Assembly: GCA_041082215.1 (NCBI GenBank)
Contig: JBDOIF010000025.1
Coordinates: 1 to 33,119, forward strand
Length of the DNA stretch: 33,119 bases
Reading direction: 5' to 3'
Source: Anaerolineae bacterium
Lineage (GTDB): Bacteria; Chloroflexota; Anaerolineae; B4-G1; DUEL01
Each line of letters starts with the position of its first letter. Position 1 is the stretch's first letter. The translations under genes were made by a program, and so were the position numbers. Below the pieces are notes generated by a model. The model worked only from the letters and a program-made list of their open reading frames with translations, made no database searches and had not been told where the DNA came from. Shown one piece after another: positions 17,358 to 24,842 of this stretch.

Positions 17358-17549
17358 AGGTGTATTTCAGTCTGGGGGCGAGATATCCCTGGCCCGGGCC
17401 GGACCTGGGGAAACACGAATAGCGGGAATGGAAACGAATACCGCGAATGGAGCAGGGATCCCTCCCGTTCGCGGTATTCGGGCCATTCGTGGGATTCGTG
17501 ATCCACCGGCGGGCGAGAGGACCCCTCGCCCCGAAATTGAAATACGCCC
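17358..17549. mobile_element. MITE copy A1 (192 bp)
   Basis: 25-bp terminal IRs AGGTGTATTTCAGTCTGGGGGCGAG / GGGCGTATTTCAATTTCGGGGCGAG. 9-bp flanking repeat GGCTTACTC / GGCTTGCTC. A closely similar inverted copy lies at 31782-31973. Confidence 0.92.
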
Positions 17550-17568
17550 GGCTTGCTCCCTGCGCCTC

Positions 17569-18777
17569 CTACGCTCCGAACTTGGTCAGCCGCCCAGCGT
17601 GGGCCAACGCCAGCGCCATCAGGTCCACATGGTGGATATGGCCCAGCCCTCCGGCCATGCACGCCCGCTCGCCGAATGTCTTCACCCCGTCGGGGCGACA
17701 ATACCTCGACCAGAGAAGGACCGGCAGCTCGTGCCAGGAGTGGGCCTTCCACTTGGCGGGGGTGGAGTGGTCGCCGGTGATCACCACTACATCCGGCCCC
17801 AGGGCAAGGATCTGCGGCAACAGCCGGTCAAAATGCTCGATGACCTCCACCTTCCGGTCGAAATCCCCGTCCTCCCCGGCGCTGTCGGTCTTCTTTACAT
17901 GGAAAAAGAAGTAATCGTACTCTGCCCAATGGGTTTTAAGGGTCTGTACCTCATCCTCGACCGTATCGCCGGTGGGGAGGACCTCCATCCCGGCCAGTTT
18001 GGCCACCCCCCGGTACATCGGGTAGGTGGCAATGGCGGCACAACGGAGCTTGTAAATCTCCGGCATCTTGGGCAACCCCGGATCCCTGGCGATGCCGCGC
18101 AGGTTACATCCGTTGGCAGGGTGCTCGTCGGCCAGGAGCTGGCGGGCCTCCGCCAGCCACCGGTTGAGGAGGTCAGCGGTGGGGGCTGCCTCTGGCCGTA
18201 GCGGCTCTACCGGCAACGGCGGTACGCCCGTCCGCTGCGGGTCCGTCTCCGTCAGGCCGTCCTCCAGCCCCTCGCCGCGCAGCACCAGGACGAAGCGGTA
18301 ATCCTTCACCGGCTCGACGAAAACTTCCACACCGGGCAGACGGATGGCCCGCAGCTTTTCACACAGCCGGGCGCATACCTCGGTGGGAATACGGCCCGCC
18401 CGCCGGTCGGTGATCACCCCACTTTCGGGGTCCAGCGTGCAGAAATTCCCCCGCGCGGCGATGTCCTGAGGTTGCAGGTCGAACCCGATACCCAGCGCCT
18501 CCAGCACGCCACGGCCGATCTCGTACCGGAGCGGGTCGTAGCCGAACAGGGCCAGATGGCCGGGGCCACTGCCAGGGGCGATGCCGGGCGCAATCGGGGT
18601 GCTCATCCCACAGATGGAGCCAGCCGCCAGGGCATCCATGTTGGGCGTGTGAGCTGCCTCCAGCTCGGTCGGGCCATCAGGGGTCAGCGGCAGCCCTCCC
18701 AGACCGTCCAGCACCACCAAGAGAATCTTGCTCTCTGCCTGGACAACCAGTTCGCGCAGCAACTCTAATCGGTCCAT
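17569..18777 (-). CDS. apgM: 2,3-bisphosphoglycerate-independent phosphoglycerate mutase (ApgM/archaeal type)
   Basis: LLVVLDGLGG, TELEAAHTPNMD, PGSGPGHLALFGYDP, GRGVLEALG, AARGNF, DRRAGRI, ITGDHSTP, HSW. Start ATG 18777 behind GAGGAG. Confidence 0.93.
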   Translation of the reverse strand: MDRLELLRELVVQAESKILLVVLDGLGGLPLTPDGPTELEAAHTPNMDALAAGSICGMSTPIAPGIAPGSGPGHLALFGYDPLRYEIGRGVLEALGIGFDLQPQDIAARGNFCTLDPESGVITDRRAGRIPTEVCARLCEKLRAIRLPGVEVFVEPVKDYRFVLVLRGEGLEDGLTETDPQRTGVPPLPVEPLRPEAAPTADLLNRWLAEARQLLADEHPANGCNLRGIARDPGLPKMPEIYKLRCAAIATYPMYRGVAKLAGMEVLPTGDTVEDEVQTLKTHWAEYDYFFFHVKKTDSAGEDGDFDRKVEVIEHFDRLLPQILALGPDVVVITGDHSTPAKWKAHSWHELPVLLWSRYCRPDGVKTFGERACMAGGLGHIHHVDLMALALAHAGRLTKFGA

Positions 18778-18809
18778 GCTTTTCCTCCTCTGAATCCTCC
18801 AGGTGCTCC

Positions 18810-18838
18810 ATACTACTTCCATTTTGCCCAGGCGTCAA
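18810..18838 (-). promoter_or_regulatory. Sigma70-type promoter of apgM
   Basis: TTGACG-17 bp-TAGTAT. Confidence 0.7.
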
Positions 18839-18852
18839 GGGGGAAAACCACC

Positions 18853-19019
18853 GGGTGCATTTCAGTTTTTTGGAAAATGTGGTAACTGCCGGCGCTGGAG
18901 GTTAATTGCTCTGCCTGGCCCTCACCCCACGGGAGGGGGTAGGGGGAGGGGTGAGGGATCAAACCACCATCAGGTGGGCGAAATTAAGGTGTAACTCGCC
19001 ACCAAACTGAAATGCACCC
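18853..19019. mobile_element. MITE type B (167 bp): termini related to MITE A, different interior
   Basis: Perfect 16-bp IR GGGTGCATTTCAGTTT. 7-bp direct repeat AACCACC on both flanks. Internal CCCTCACCCC...GGGGTGAGGG palindrome. Confidence 0.9.
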
Positions 19020-19034
19020 AACCACCTGGTCCAT

Positions 19035-19063
19035 TTGCCCCTTCCGCCGGTTTCTGGTATCAT
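19035..19063 (+). promoter_or_regulatory. Sigma70-type promoter of the metallophosphoesterase operon
   Basis: TTGCCC-17 bp-TATCAT with TGn extension, 11 bp before ATG 19075. Confidence 0.6.
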
Positions 19064-19074
19064 CCCCTGGTGCG

Positions 19075-19566
19075 ATGAGGATCGGGATACTTTCAGATAC
19101 CCACGACAATCTGGCGAACACCCGAAAGGTGGTCGAGTTTTTCGCCCGGGAGGGAATCGCCACCCTCCTCCACTGCGGGGATGTCTGTGGCCCGACCGTC
19201 GTGGAGGCGCTGGAGGGCTTCACCGTCTATTTCGCCCAGGGGAACATGGACCGTATGCCAGCCCTGGGCCTGGCGGTGGAGGCGATCCACGGGCCAGGCC
19301 GGCTGGCCCGTCTGCATGAGCTGGTGCTGGACGGTTTTCTTGTGGCGTTGATCCACGGCGACGACGAGCCGCTGCTACACCACCTGATCCAGAAGGGCGG
19401 GTACGCCTACATTTTCCACGGCCACACCCACCGGCGGGCCGTCCGACAGGCAGGCCCCACCCGTATCATCAACCCCGGTGCGCTGGGGGGAATCCGGTGG
19501 GAATCTCGCTCGGCCTGTTCCGTTGACCTGGAGACGGGGGAAGTCCGTCTCATTGAGTTAAAATAA
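19075..19566 (+). CDS. Metallophosphoesterase, YfcE/MJ0936 family
   Basis: SDTHDN, HCGD, GNMD, HG, GHTH, INPG. Confidence 0.92.
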   Translation: MRIGILSDTHDNLANTRKVVEFFAREGIATLLHCGDVCGPTVVEALEGFTVYFAQGNMDRMPALGLAVEAIHGPGRLARLHELVLDGFLVALIHGDDEPLLHHLIQKGGYAYIFHGHTHRRAVRQAGPTRIINPGALGGIRWESRSACSVDLETGEVRLIELK

Positions 19567-19589
19567 CTGCTGGAGGCAAGGGCAATACG

Positions 19590-20021
19590 ATGAAGGACGA
19601 CCTCTTTCGTTTCTCCACCACCCTGGAGGTGCGCTGGCGCGATCTGGACGCCCTGGGGCACGTCAACAACGCTGTCTATCTCACTTATCTGGAGCAGGCC
19701 CGCATCCACTACATGCAGGAAATGGGCCTGGGTTTCCGGAGTCTGGAGGACGTGGGGATGATCCTGGCCGAGGTGAACTGCACCTACCATTCCCCCCTCT
19801 CACTGGGAGAACGGGTGACCATCTGGGTGCGCATCAGCGAGCTGCGCAACTCCAGCTTCATCTTCGAGTATCGGCTGGAGGGAGAGGACGGCCGCCTGGC
19901 AGCCACCGCCCGCAGCGTGCAGGTCTGCTACGATTACCGGGCCGGCCGGTCGGTGCCGATCCCGGACCCATGGCGGGCGGCCATCACCGCCTACGAACCG
20001 GGACTTGGGGGAGGGGTATGA
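19590..20021 (+). CDS. Acyl-CoA thioesterase (4HBT/YbgC hot-dog fold)
   Basis: VRWRDLDALGHVNNAVYLTYLEQAR. Confidence 0.93.
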   Translation: MKDDLFRFSTTLEVRWRDLDALGHVNNAVYLTYLEQARIHYMQEMGLGFRSLEDVGMILAEVNCTYHSPLSLGERVTIWVRISELRNSSFIFEYRLEGEDGRLAATARSVQVCYDYRAGRSVPIPDPWRAAITAYEPGLGGGV

Positions 20022-20644
20022 CGACGATCCTGTTGATCCGTCATGCGGCTAACGACCTGCTGAGGGAAAAACGGTTGGGGGGGAGGCTGCCGGGAATCCA
20101 CCTTAACGAGGAGGGACAGGCACAGGCCCTGGCGCTGGCGGAGCGACTGGCGGGAATCGGGCTGACGGCGATCTACTCCAGTCCGATGGAACGGACGCTG
20201 GAGACGGCAGAGCCGGTCGCGGCCCGCCTGGGTCTGGAGGTGCGGGTCCATCCTGGGCTGCACGAGGTGGATTGCGGCCGGTGGAGTGGCCAGCCAGTGG
20301 AAAAGGTGCGCCGCCGCCGACACTGGCAGGTGATGGCCCTCTACCCTTCCGGCACTCCCTTCCCCGGCGGGGAGAGCGCCTGGGAGGTGCAGAAGCGGAT
20401 CGTGGCCGCCATCGAGGAGATCCGCGCTGCCCATCCTGAGGAGACCGTGGCTGCCTTTTCCCACGCCGATCCGATACGGGTAGCGGTTGCCTACTACGTG
20501 GGCCTCCCCCTCGACCTCTTCCGCCGGTTGAGCGTTGCGCCGGCTTCCCTCACCGTTCTTTCTTTCAAGGGGCCGGTCCCCCAACTGGTGTGCCTGAACG
20601 ACACCAGCCATCTGCCCCGCCTGGAGGGCGGGAAGGGAGGATAG
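20018..20644 (+). CDS. Histidine phosphatase family protein (MSMEG_4193-like phosphomutase)
   Basis: LIRHA, YSSPMERTLETA, EVDCGRW, FPGGES, SHADPI, NDTSHL. ATGA overlap with the thioesterase gene. Confidence 0.9.
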   Translation: MTTILLIRHAANDLLREKRLGGRLPGIHLNEEGQAQALALAERLAGIGLTAIYSSPMERTLETAEPVAARLGLEVRVHPGLHEVDCGRWSGQPVEKVRRRRHWQVMALYPSGTPFPGGESAWEVQKRIVAAIEEIRAAHPEETVAAFSHADPIRVAVAYYVGLPLDLFRRLSVAPASLTVLSFKGPVPQLVCLNDTSHLPRLEGGKGG

Positions 20645-20645
20645 A

Positions 20646-21167
20646 GTGTCACCAGAGTTTCTCGGCCTGAGTCGTGTGGACTTCATCACAGTGGGGACGG
20701 TCGGCCCGCCGGGCCAGCGCACCTTTTACCTGCAGGCCGGGCAGGGGGACCTGGTGGTCAGTCTGATCATCGAAAAGGAACATGCCGCCGCCCTCTCTCT
20801 GGGGGTCCAGCAGCTTCTGGAACAACTGGGGGGCGTCCCTGAAGGCACCCCTATCCCCACCGAGCTGGAACTGCGGGAACCCCTGCGCCCCCTCTTCCGG
20901 GTCGGCAGCCTGGGGCTGGGATACGATCCCGACGAGGACGCGCTCGTCCTGGTCGCCCGGGCGCTGGTCCAGGAAGGAGCAGAAGCCCCCGAGGTCCATT
21001 TCTGGTGCTCCCGGGCGCAGATGTACGCGCTGGCCGAACACGCTGCCGAGGTTGTGGCAGCGGGCCGGCCCCAATGCCCCCTCTGCGGCGAGCCGCTTGA
21101 ACCGGGCGAGCGCCACGTCTGCGTGCGGGGCAACGGGCGCAGGCTGCTTTTCCACGCCGACGAATGA
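20646..21167 (+). CDS. DUF3090 family protein
   Basis: VGTVGPPGQRTFYLQA, EKE, FRVGSLGLGYD, VVAAGRPQCPLCGEPL...HVC...NG. Confidence 0.88.
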   Translation: MSPEFLGLSRVDFITVGTVGPPGQRTFYLQAGQGDLVVSLIIEKEHAAALSLGVQQLLEQLGGVPEGTPIPTELELREPLRPLFRVGSLGLGYDPDEDALVLVARALVQEGAEAPEVHFWCSRAQMYALAEHAAEVVAAGRPQCPLCGEPLEPGERHVCVRGNGRRLLFHADE

Positions 21168-21237
21168 GGACCGCAAATACTACAGAAAAAGCATGAAGAG
21201 CACAGAGGAAAAAAATTCCATGAGGAGGGAAAAATAC

Positions 21238-22806
21238 ATGCGACGCTGTCTCTTTCTTCTGCTGGTATCCGCCATTGTCCTTCTGGTCAGTTGTGCACCG
21301 AAGCCTGAAGGCCGCATCGTCTACGGCCTGACCCTGGCCCCGTCGGGGATTGACCCCCACGTCAACGCGTCTTCCGAGCTGGGGATCCCCCTCACCTCGG
21401 TCTACGACACGCTGGTCTATCAGGACCCCGCGACCGGGGAGTTCGTCCCCGGCCTGGCCGAGCGGTGGGAGGTCTCCGAAGATGGCCTCATCTACACCTT
21501 CTACCTCAAGAAAGGGGTGAAGTTCCACGACGGCACCCCCTTCAACGCCGAGGCGGTCCGCTTCAACCTGGATCGGATCACCAGCCCCGACCTGGCCTCC
21601 CAGAAGGCCCGCTTCATGCTCGGCCCCTATGAACGGACCGAGGTGGTGGACAAGTATACGGTCCGCATCGTCCTGAGCGAGCCGTTCGCCCCGCTGCTGG
21701 GTTCGCTGAGCCAGGTCTATCTGGGAATGGCCTCCCCGACAGCGGTGGAGGAGTGGGGGGGCGACTACCAGCTCCACCAGGTGGGCACCGGCCCGTTCAG
21801 CTTCGTCGAGTACATCCCTGGGGATCATCTCCTGTTGCGATACAACCCGGATTACGCCTGGGGGCCGCCGGTCTACCAGCACAGGACGGCCCAACTGGCC
21901 GAGGTGGAGTTCCGCTTCTTCACAGACCCGGCCACCCGCTCTCCCGCCCTGGAGACGGGGGAGGCGGATGTGATGGGGGAGATCCCGCCACAGGACGCCG
22001 TCCGACTGACAGAGAGCGCCGACTTCCGCATCGAGGCGGTGGCCCTGCCCGGCGCTTCCTTGATGATGTTTATGAACACCACCCGCCCCCCGCTGGACGA
22101 CATCCGGGTGCGGCAGGCCCTCCTCTACGCCACCGACCGACAGACAATCGTCTCCACCATCTTCCGGGACACTTCCCCGGCAGCCTATGGCCCGCTGACA
22201 GCGGTGACCTTCGGTTATGACCCGGCCGTACAGAGATATTACCCCTATGATCCGGAGAAAGCGGCAGCACTGCTGGCAGAGGCCGGATGGGCTGATTCCG
22301 ACGGCGACGGGGTCCTCGATCGGGATGGGGAGCCACTGGTGCTGGATATGGTGCTGATGGGATGGGGGTATATGCCGGAGATCGGCCAGCTCCTGGCCGC
22401 CCAATGGGCAGGGCTGGGAGTGGCCGTGGAGAGCCGGGTAGTGAGCTACCCGGAGGCGCTGGAGATCGGCGGCAGCGGCAGCCACCATCTGCTCCCTTTC
22501 ACCCTCTCCGACAGCGACCCCGACATCCTGCGCAAGTTCTTCCACTCCCAGGCCCTCTTCAACTGGTCGCTGGTGGAGGATGCGGAGCTGGATGGCTGGC
22601 TGGAGGAGGCAGCCCGCACGTCCGATCCGGCCCGACGGCTTGCCCTCTACAGCCAGGTCCAGCAACGGGTGATGGATCAGGCCCTGGTCATCCCCATCCG
22701 CGATTACGTCAACCTGAACGGCATAAACAACCGGGTGCAGGGGCTCCGCTTTGACGCGCGGGGGTGGTTTCCCTGGCTGATTGATGTGACGGTCGGCGGG
22801 CAGTGA
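21238..22806 (+). CDS. ABC transporter substrate-binding lipoprotein, family 5 (peptide/nickel)
   Basis: Lipobox LVSC; PGLAERWEVSEDGLIYTFYLKKGVKFHDGTPFNAEAV; GTGPF. GAGGAGG RBS before ATG 21238. Confidence 0.93.
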   Translation: MRRCLFLLLVSAIVLLVSCAPKPEGRIVYGLTLAPSGIDPHVNASSELGIPLTSVYDTLVYQDPATGEFVPGLAERWEVSEDGLIYTFYLKKGVKFHDGTPFNAEAVRFNLDRITSPDLASQKARFMLGPYERTEVVDKYTVRIVLSEPFAPLLGSLSQVYLGMASPTAVEEWGGDYQLHQVGTGPFSFVEYIPGDHLLLRYNPDYAWGPPVYQHRTAQLAEVEFRFFTDPATRSPALETGEADVMGEIPPQDAVRLTESADFRIEAVALPGASLMMFMNTTRPPLDDIRVRQALLYATDRQTIVSTIFRDTSPAAYGPLTAVTFGYDPAVQRYYPYDPEKAAALLAEAGWADSDGDGVLDRDGEPLVLDMVLMGWGYMPEIGQLLAAQWAGLGVAVESRVVSYPEALEIGGSGSHHLLPFTLSDSDPDILRKFFHSQALFNWSLVEDAELDGWLEEAARTSDPARRLALYSQVQQRVMDQALVIPIRDYVNLNGINNRVQGLRFDARGWFPWLIDVTVGGQ

Positions 22807-22900
22807 GTGGATCGGTGACCGGGTGGCTTGGTGAACGGGTGATTGGGGGTCAGGTGACTGGGTGATTGGGGGATTGGGGGATTGGGGGATGGGGATGGGG
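22807..22900. repeat. G-rich degenerate 8-mer tandem repeats (GGKGATTG)
   Basis: GGTGACCG GGTGGCTT GGTGAACG GGTGATTG ... GGTGACTG GGTGATTG GGGGATTG GGGGATTG. Confidence 0.8.
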
Positions 22901-23827
22901 GTGGGATATGCGGGACGAAGGCTGCTGGGAGCGGTCTTCGTCCTCTGGCTTTCTGCCACGCTGGCTTTCTTTGCCCTGAAGCTGACGCCAGGCGACCCAG
23001 CCCAGGCACTGCTGGCTGCCTCAGGGGCGACCGCCGAGGAGGTAGCAGAGCGACGGGCACAGTTGGGGCTGGACGACCCGCTCCTGCTCCAGTACATCCG
23101 CTATATCCTCGCCATCGGCCAGGGCGACCTGGGCCGCTCGTGGCTGCACGGCCGGCCGGTGGGCCGGATGATCCTGGAGCAGCTCGGGCCGACGGCCGAG
23201 CTGGCCGCTGCGGCGATGGTGGTGGGAGTGGTGCTGGGAACAGCCCTGGGGGTACTGGCCGCTGTCCGTCGGCGGACATGGGTGGATACCCTTGCGACGG
23301 CGCTGGCCGTGGTGGGCCTCTCCACTCCCACCTACTGGTCCGGCCTCCTGGCCATCCTCCTCTTCTCCCTCCGCCTCCGCTGGCTGCCCGCTACCGGCGA
23401 GGGGGGAGCACGCCACCTGGTGCTGCCGGCACTGGTGCTGGGTTTCTCCCTTTCCGGCTCCATCGCCCGGATGGTGCGGGCGCAGGTAGCAGAGGTGCTG
23501 GGCTCCGCCTTCGTGCTGGCCGCACGGGCACGGGGGTTGCCCAACCGACGGGTCCTCTTCGTCCACGTCCTCCGCGCCGCCGCGGGACCGGCCCTGGCAG
23601 TCACCGCCCTCCAGTTCGGCTTCCTCCTGGGCGGCGCCGTGGTCACCGAGTCGGTCTTCGCCCGACGGGGCCTGGGGAAGCTGGCAGTGGAGGCCATTCT
23701 CTGGCGGGACCTGCCAGTGGTGCGGGGAGTGGTGGTGGTGGGAGCACTGGCCTACGTCCTGGTTAACCTGATGGCGGACCTCCTCCACGCCTGGCTCGAT
23801 CCCCGGCTGCGGGAGGAGACGGGATGA
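22901..23827 (+). CDS. ABC transporter permease (DppB/OppB/NikB-like)
   Basis: PGDPA, LGLDDPL..QY, GDLGRS, ARARGL (EAA-like loop), GGAVVTESVF, RDLPVV, LDPR. Start is 22895 or 22901. Confidence 0.92.
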   Translation: MGYAGRRLLGAVFVLWLSATLAFFALKLTPGDPAQALLAASGATAEEVAERRAQLGLDDPLLLQYIRYILAIGQGDLGRSWLHGRPVGRMILEQLGPTAELAAAAMVVGVVLGTALGVLAAVRRRTWVDTLATALAVVGLSTPTYWSGLLAILLFSLRLRWLPATGEGGARHLVLPALVLGFSLSGSIARMVRAQVAEVLGSAFVLAARARGLPNRRVLFVHVLRAAAGPALAVTALQFGFLLGGAVVTESVFARRGLGKLAVEAILWRDLPVVRGVVVVGALAYVLVNLMADLLHAWLDPRLREETG

Positions 23828-24654
23828 TCGAATGGACCGCCCCTCCCCGTCGCCCCCTCCTGCGGCAGCCAGCAGCCCTGGCCGCGCTGATCTGGCTAAC
23901 GCTGGCGGGGGGCGCTGCCATCGCGGCCCCCGTGCTGGCCCCCGCCGGCCCCCTGGCCGCGGCTCCGGAGCGCTCCCTCCTCCCGCCAGGTCCGGAAGCG
24001 GTGCTGGGGACAGACCTCCTGGGCCGGGACATCCTCACCCGACTCCTCTGGGGAGGGCGGTGGACCCTGCAAATGGGGTTGATAGGAATGGCTGTGGCGG
24101 TGGGGCTGGGGCTTCCGCTGGGACTGACAGCGGGGAGCCTGGGGGACCGGGTGGACGTGCTGCTGATGCGGCTGGTGGACGGTCTGCTGGCCTTCCCCGG
24201 CCTCCTTCTGGCGATGGCCGCGGTGGCGGTGCTGGGAACGGGGTTGACACCGGTGGCTGTGGCGGTAGGACTGGCCGCAGCCCCACCCTACGCACGGGTG
24301 GCCCGATCTGTAGCCCTGGAGGTGCGGGCGCAGCCCTATATCGAGGCTGCGCGGGCCACAGGGGTGCCCCCGTTCCGTATCGCCCTTCGCCACATCCTGC
24401 CCAACGCCGCCCCCGCCCTTATCGCCTTCGCCACCACACAACTGGGCTGGGTCCTTCTCAACGGGGCCGCCCTCAACTTCCTGGGGCTGGGTGTGCCGCC
24501 AGGCACGCCGGAGTGGGGAGCGATGCTGGCCGAGGGCCGGGCCTACCTGCGGGAAGCTCCCTGGGCAGGAGGGTTTCCCGGCCTGGCCCTTACCCTCACC
24601 GTCCTGGCAGCCAACCTCCTGGGGGACGGGCTGCAGGAGGCGTTAGGGGTATAA
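23824..24654 (+). CDS. ABC transporter permease (DppC/OppC/NikC-like)
   Basis: LGTDLLGRDILTRL, YIEAARATG, HILPN, FLGLG..P.TPEWGAML, NLLGDGL. Confidence 0.93.
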   Translation: MIEWTAPPRRPLLRQPAALAALIWLTLAGGAAIAAPVLAPAGPLAAAPERSLLPPGPEAVLGTDLLGRDILTRLLWGGRWTLQMGLIGMAVAVGLGLPLGLTAGSLGDRVDVLLMRLVDGLLAFPGLLLAMAAVAVLGTGLTPVAVAVGLAAAPPYARVARSVALEVRAQPYIEAARATGVPPFRIALRHILPNAAPALIAFATTQLGWVLLNGAALNFLGLGVPPGTPEWGAMLAEGRAYLREAPWAGGFPGLALTLTVLAANLLGDGLQEALGV

Positions 24655-24689
24655 ACTCCAGGAGCTGCGTGCGCGGATTTCATCCCCAA

Positions 24690-24763
24690 GCAGGCCTGGC
24701 GGCCTGCCCCACGTAACGCAGGCTGTCAGCCTGCGGATAAACAGGCCTGGCGGCCTGCGCTAC
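24690..24763. repeat. Cluster of three GTAG-type REP-like palindromes
   Basis: GTGGGGCAGGCCGCCAGGCCTGC (minus, 24690-24712), GTAACGCAGGCTGTCAGCCTGCG (plus, 24713-24735), GTAGCGCAGGCCGCCAGGCCTGT (minus, 24741-24763). Confidence 0.8.
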
Positions 24764-24795
24764 GCGGATAAGTATTACCTGCAGGCCGGAAAACA

Positions 24796-24824
24796 GTGCG
24801 ACGCTCCTTCGGGGAGCGTCGCAC
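24796..24824. terminator. Perfect 12-bp hairpin between convergent genes (terminator or REP-like)
   Basis: GTGCGACGCTCC-TTCGG-GGAGCGTCGCAC, followed on the minus strand by TGTTTT. Confidence 0.6.
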
Positions 24825-24842
24825 CGTTGTTCCCTCCGCCGA

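Noticed and set aside
17312..17752. ORFs at 17312..17752 and 17447..17914, and similar ORFs at 31705-32189 that look like paralogous proteins
   Set aside because: The similarity comes from translating the two non-coding MITE copies; no transposase motifs.
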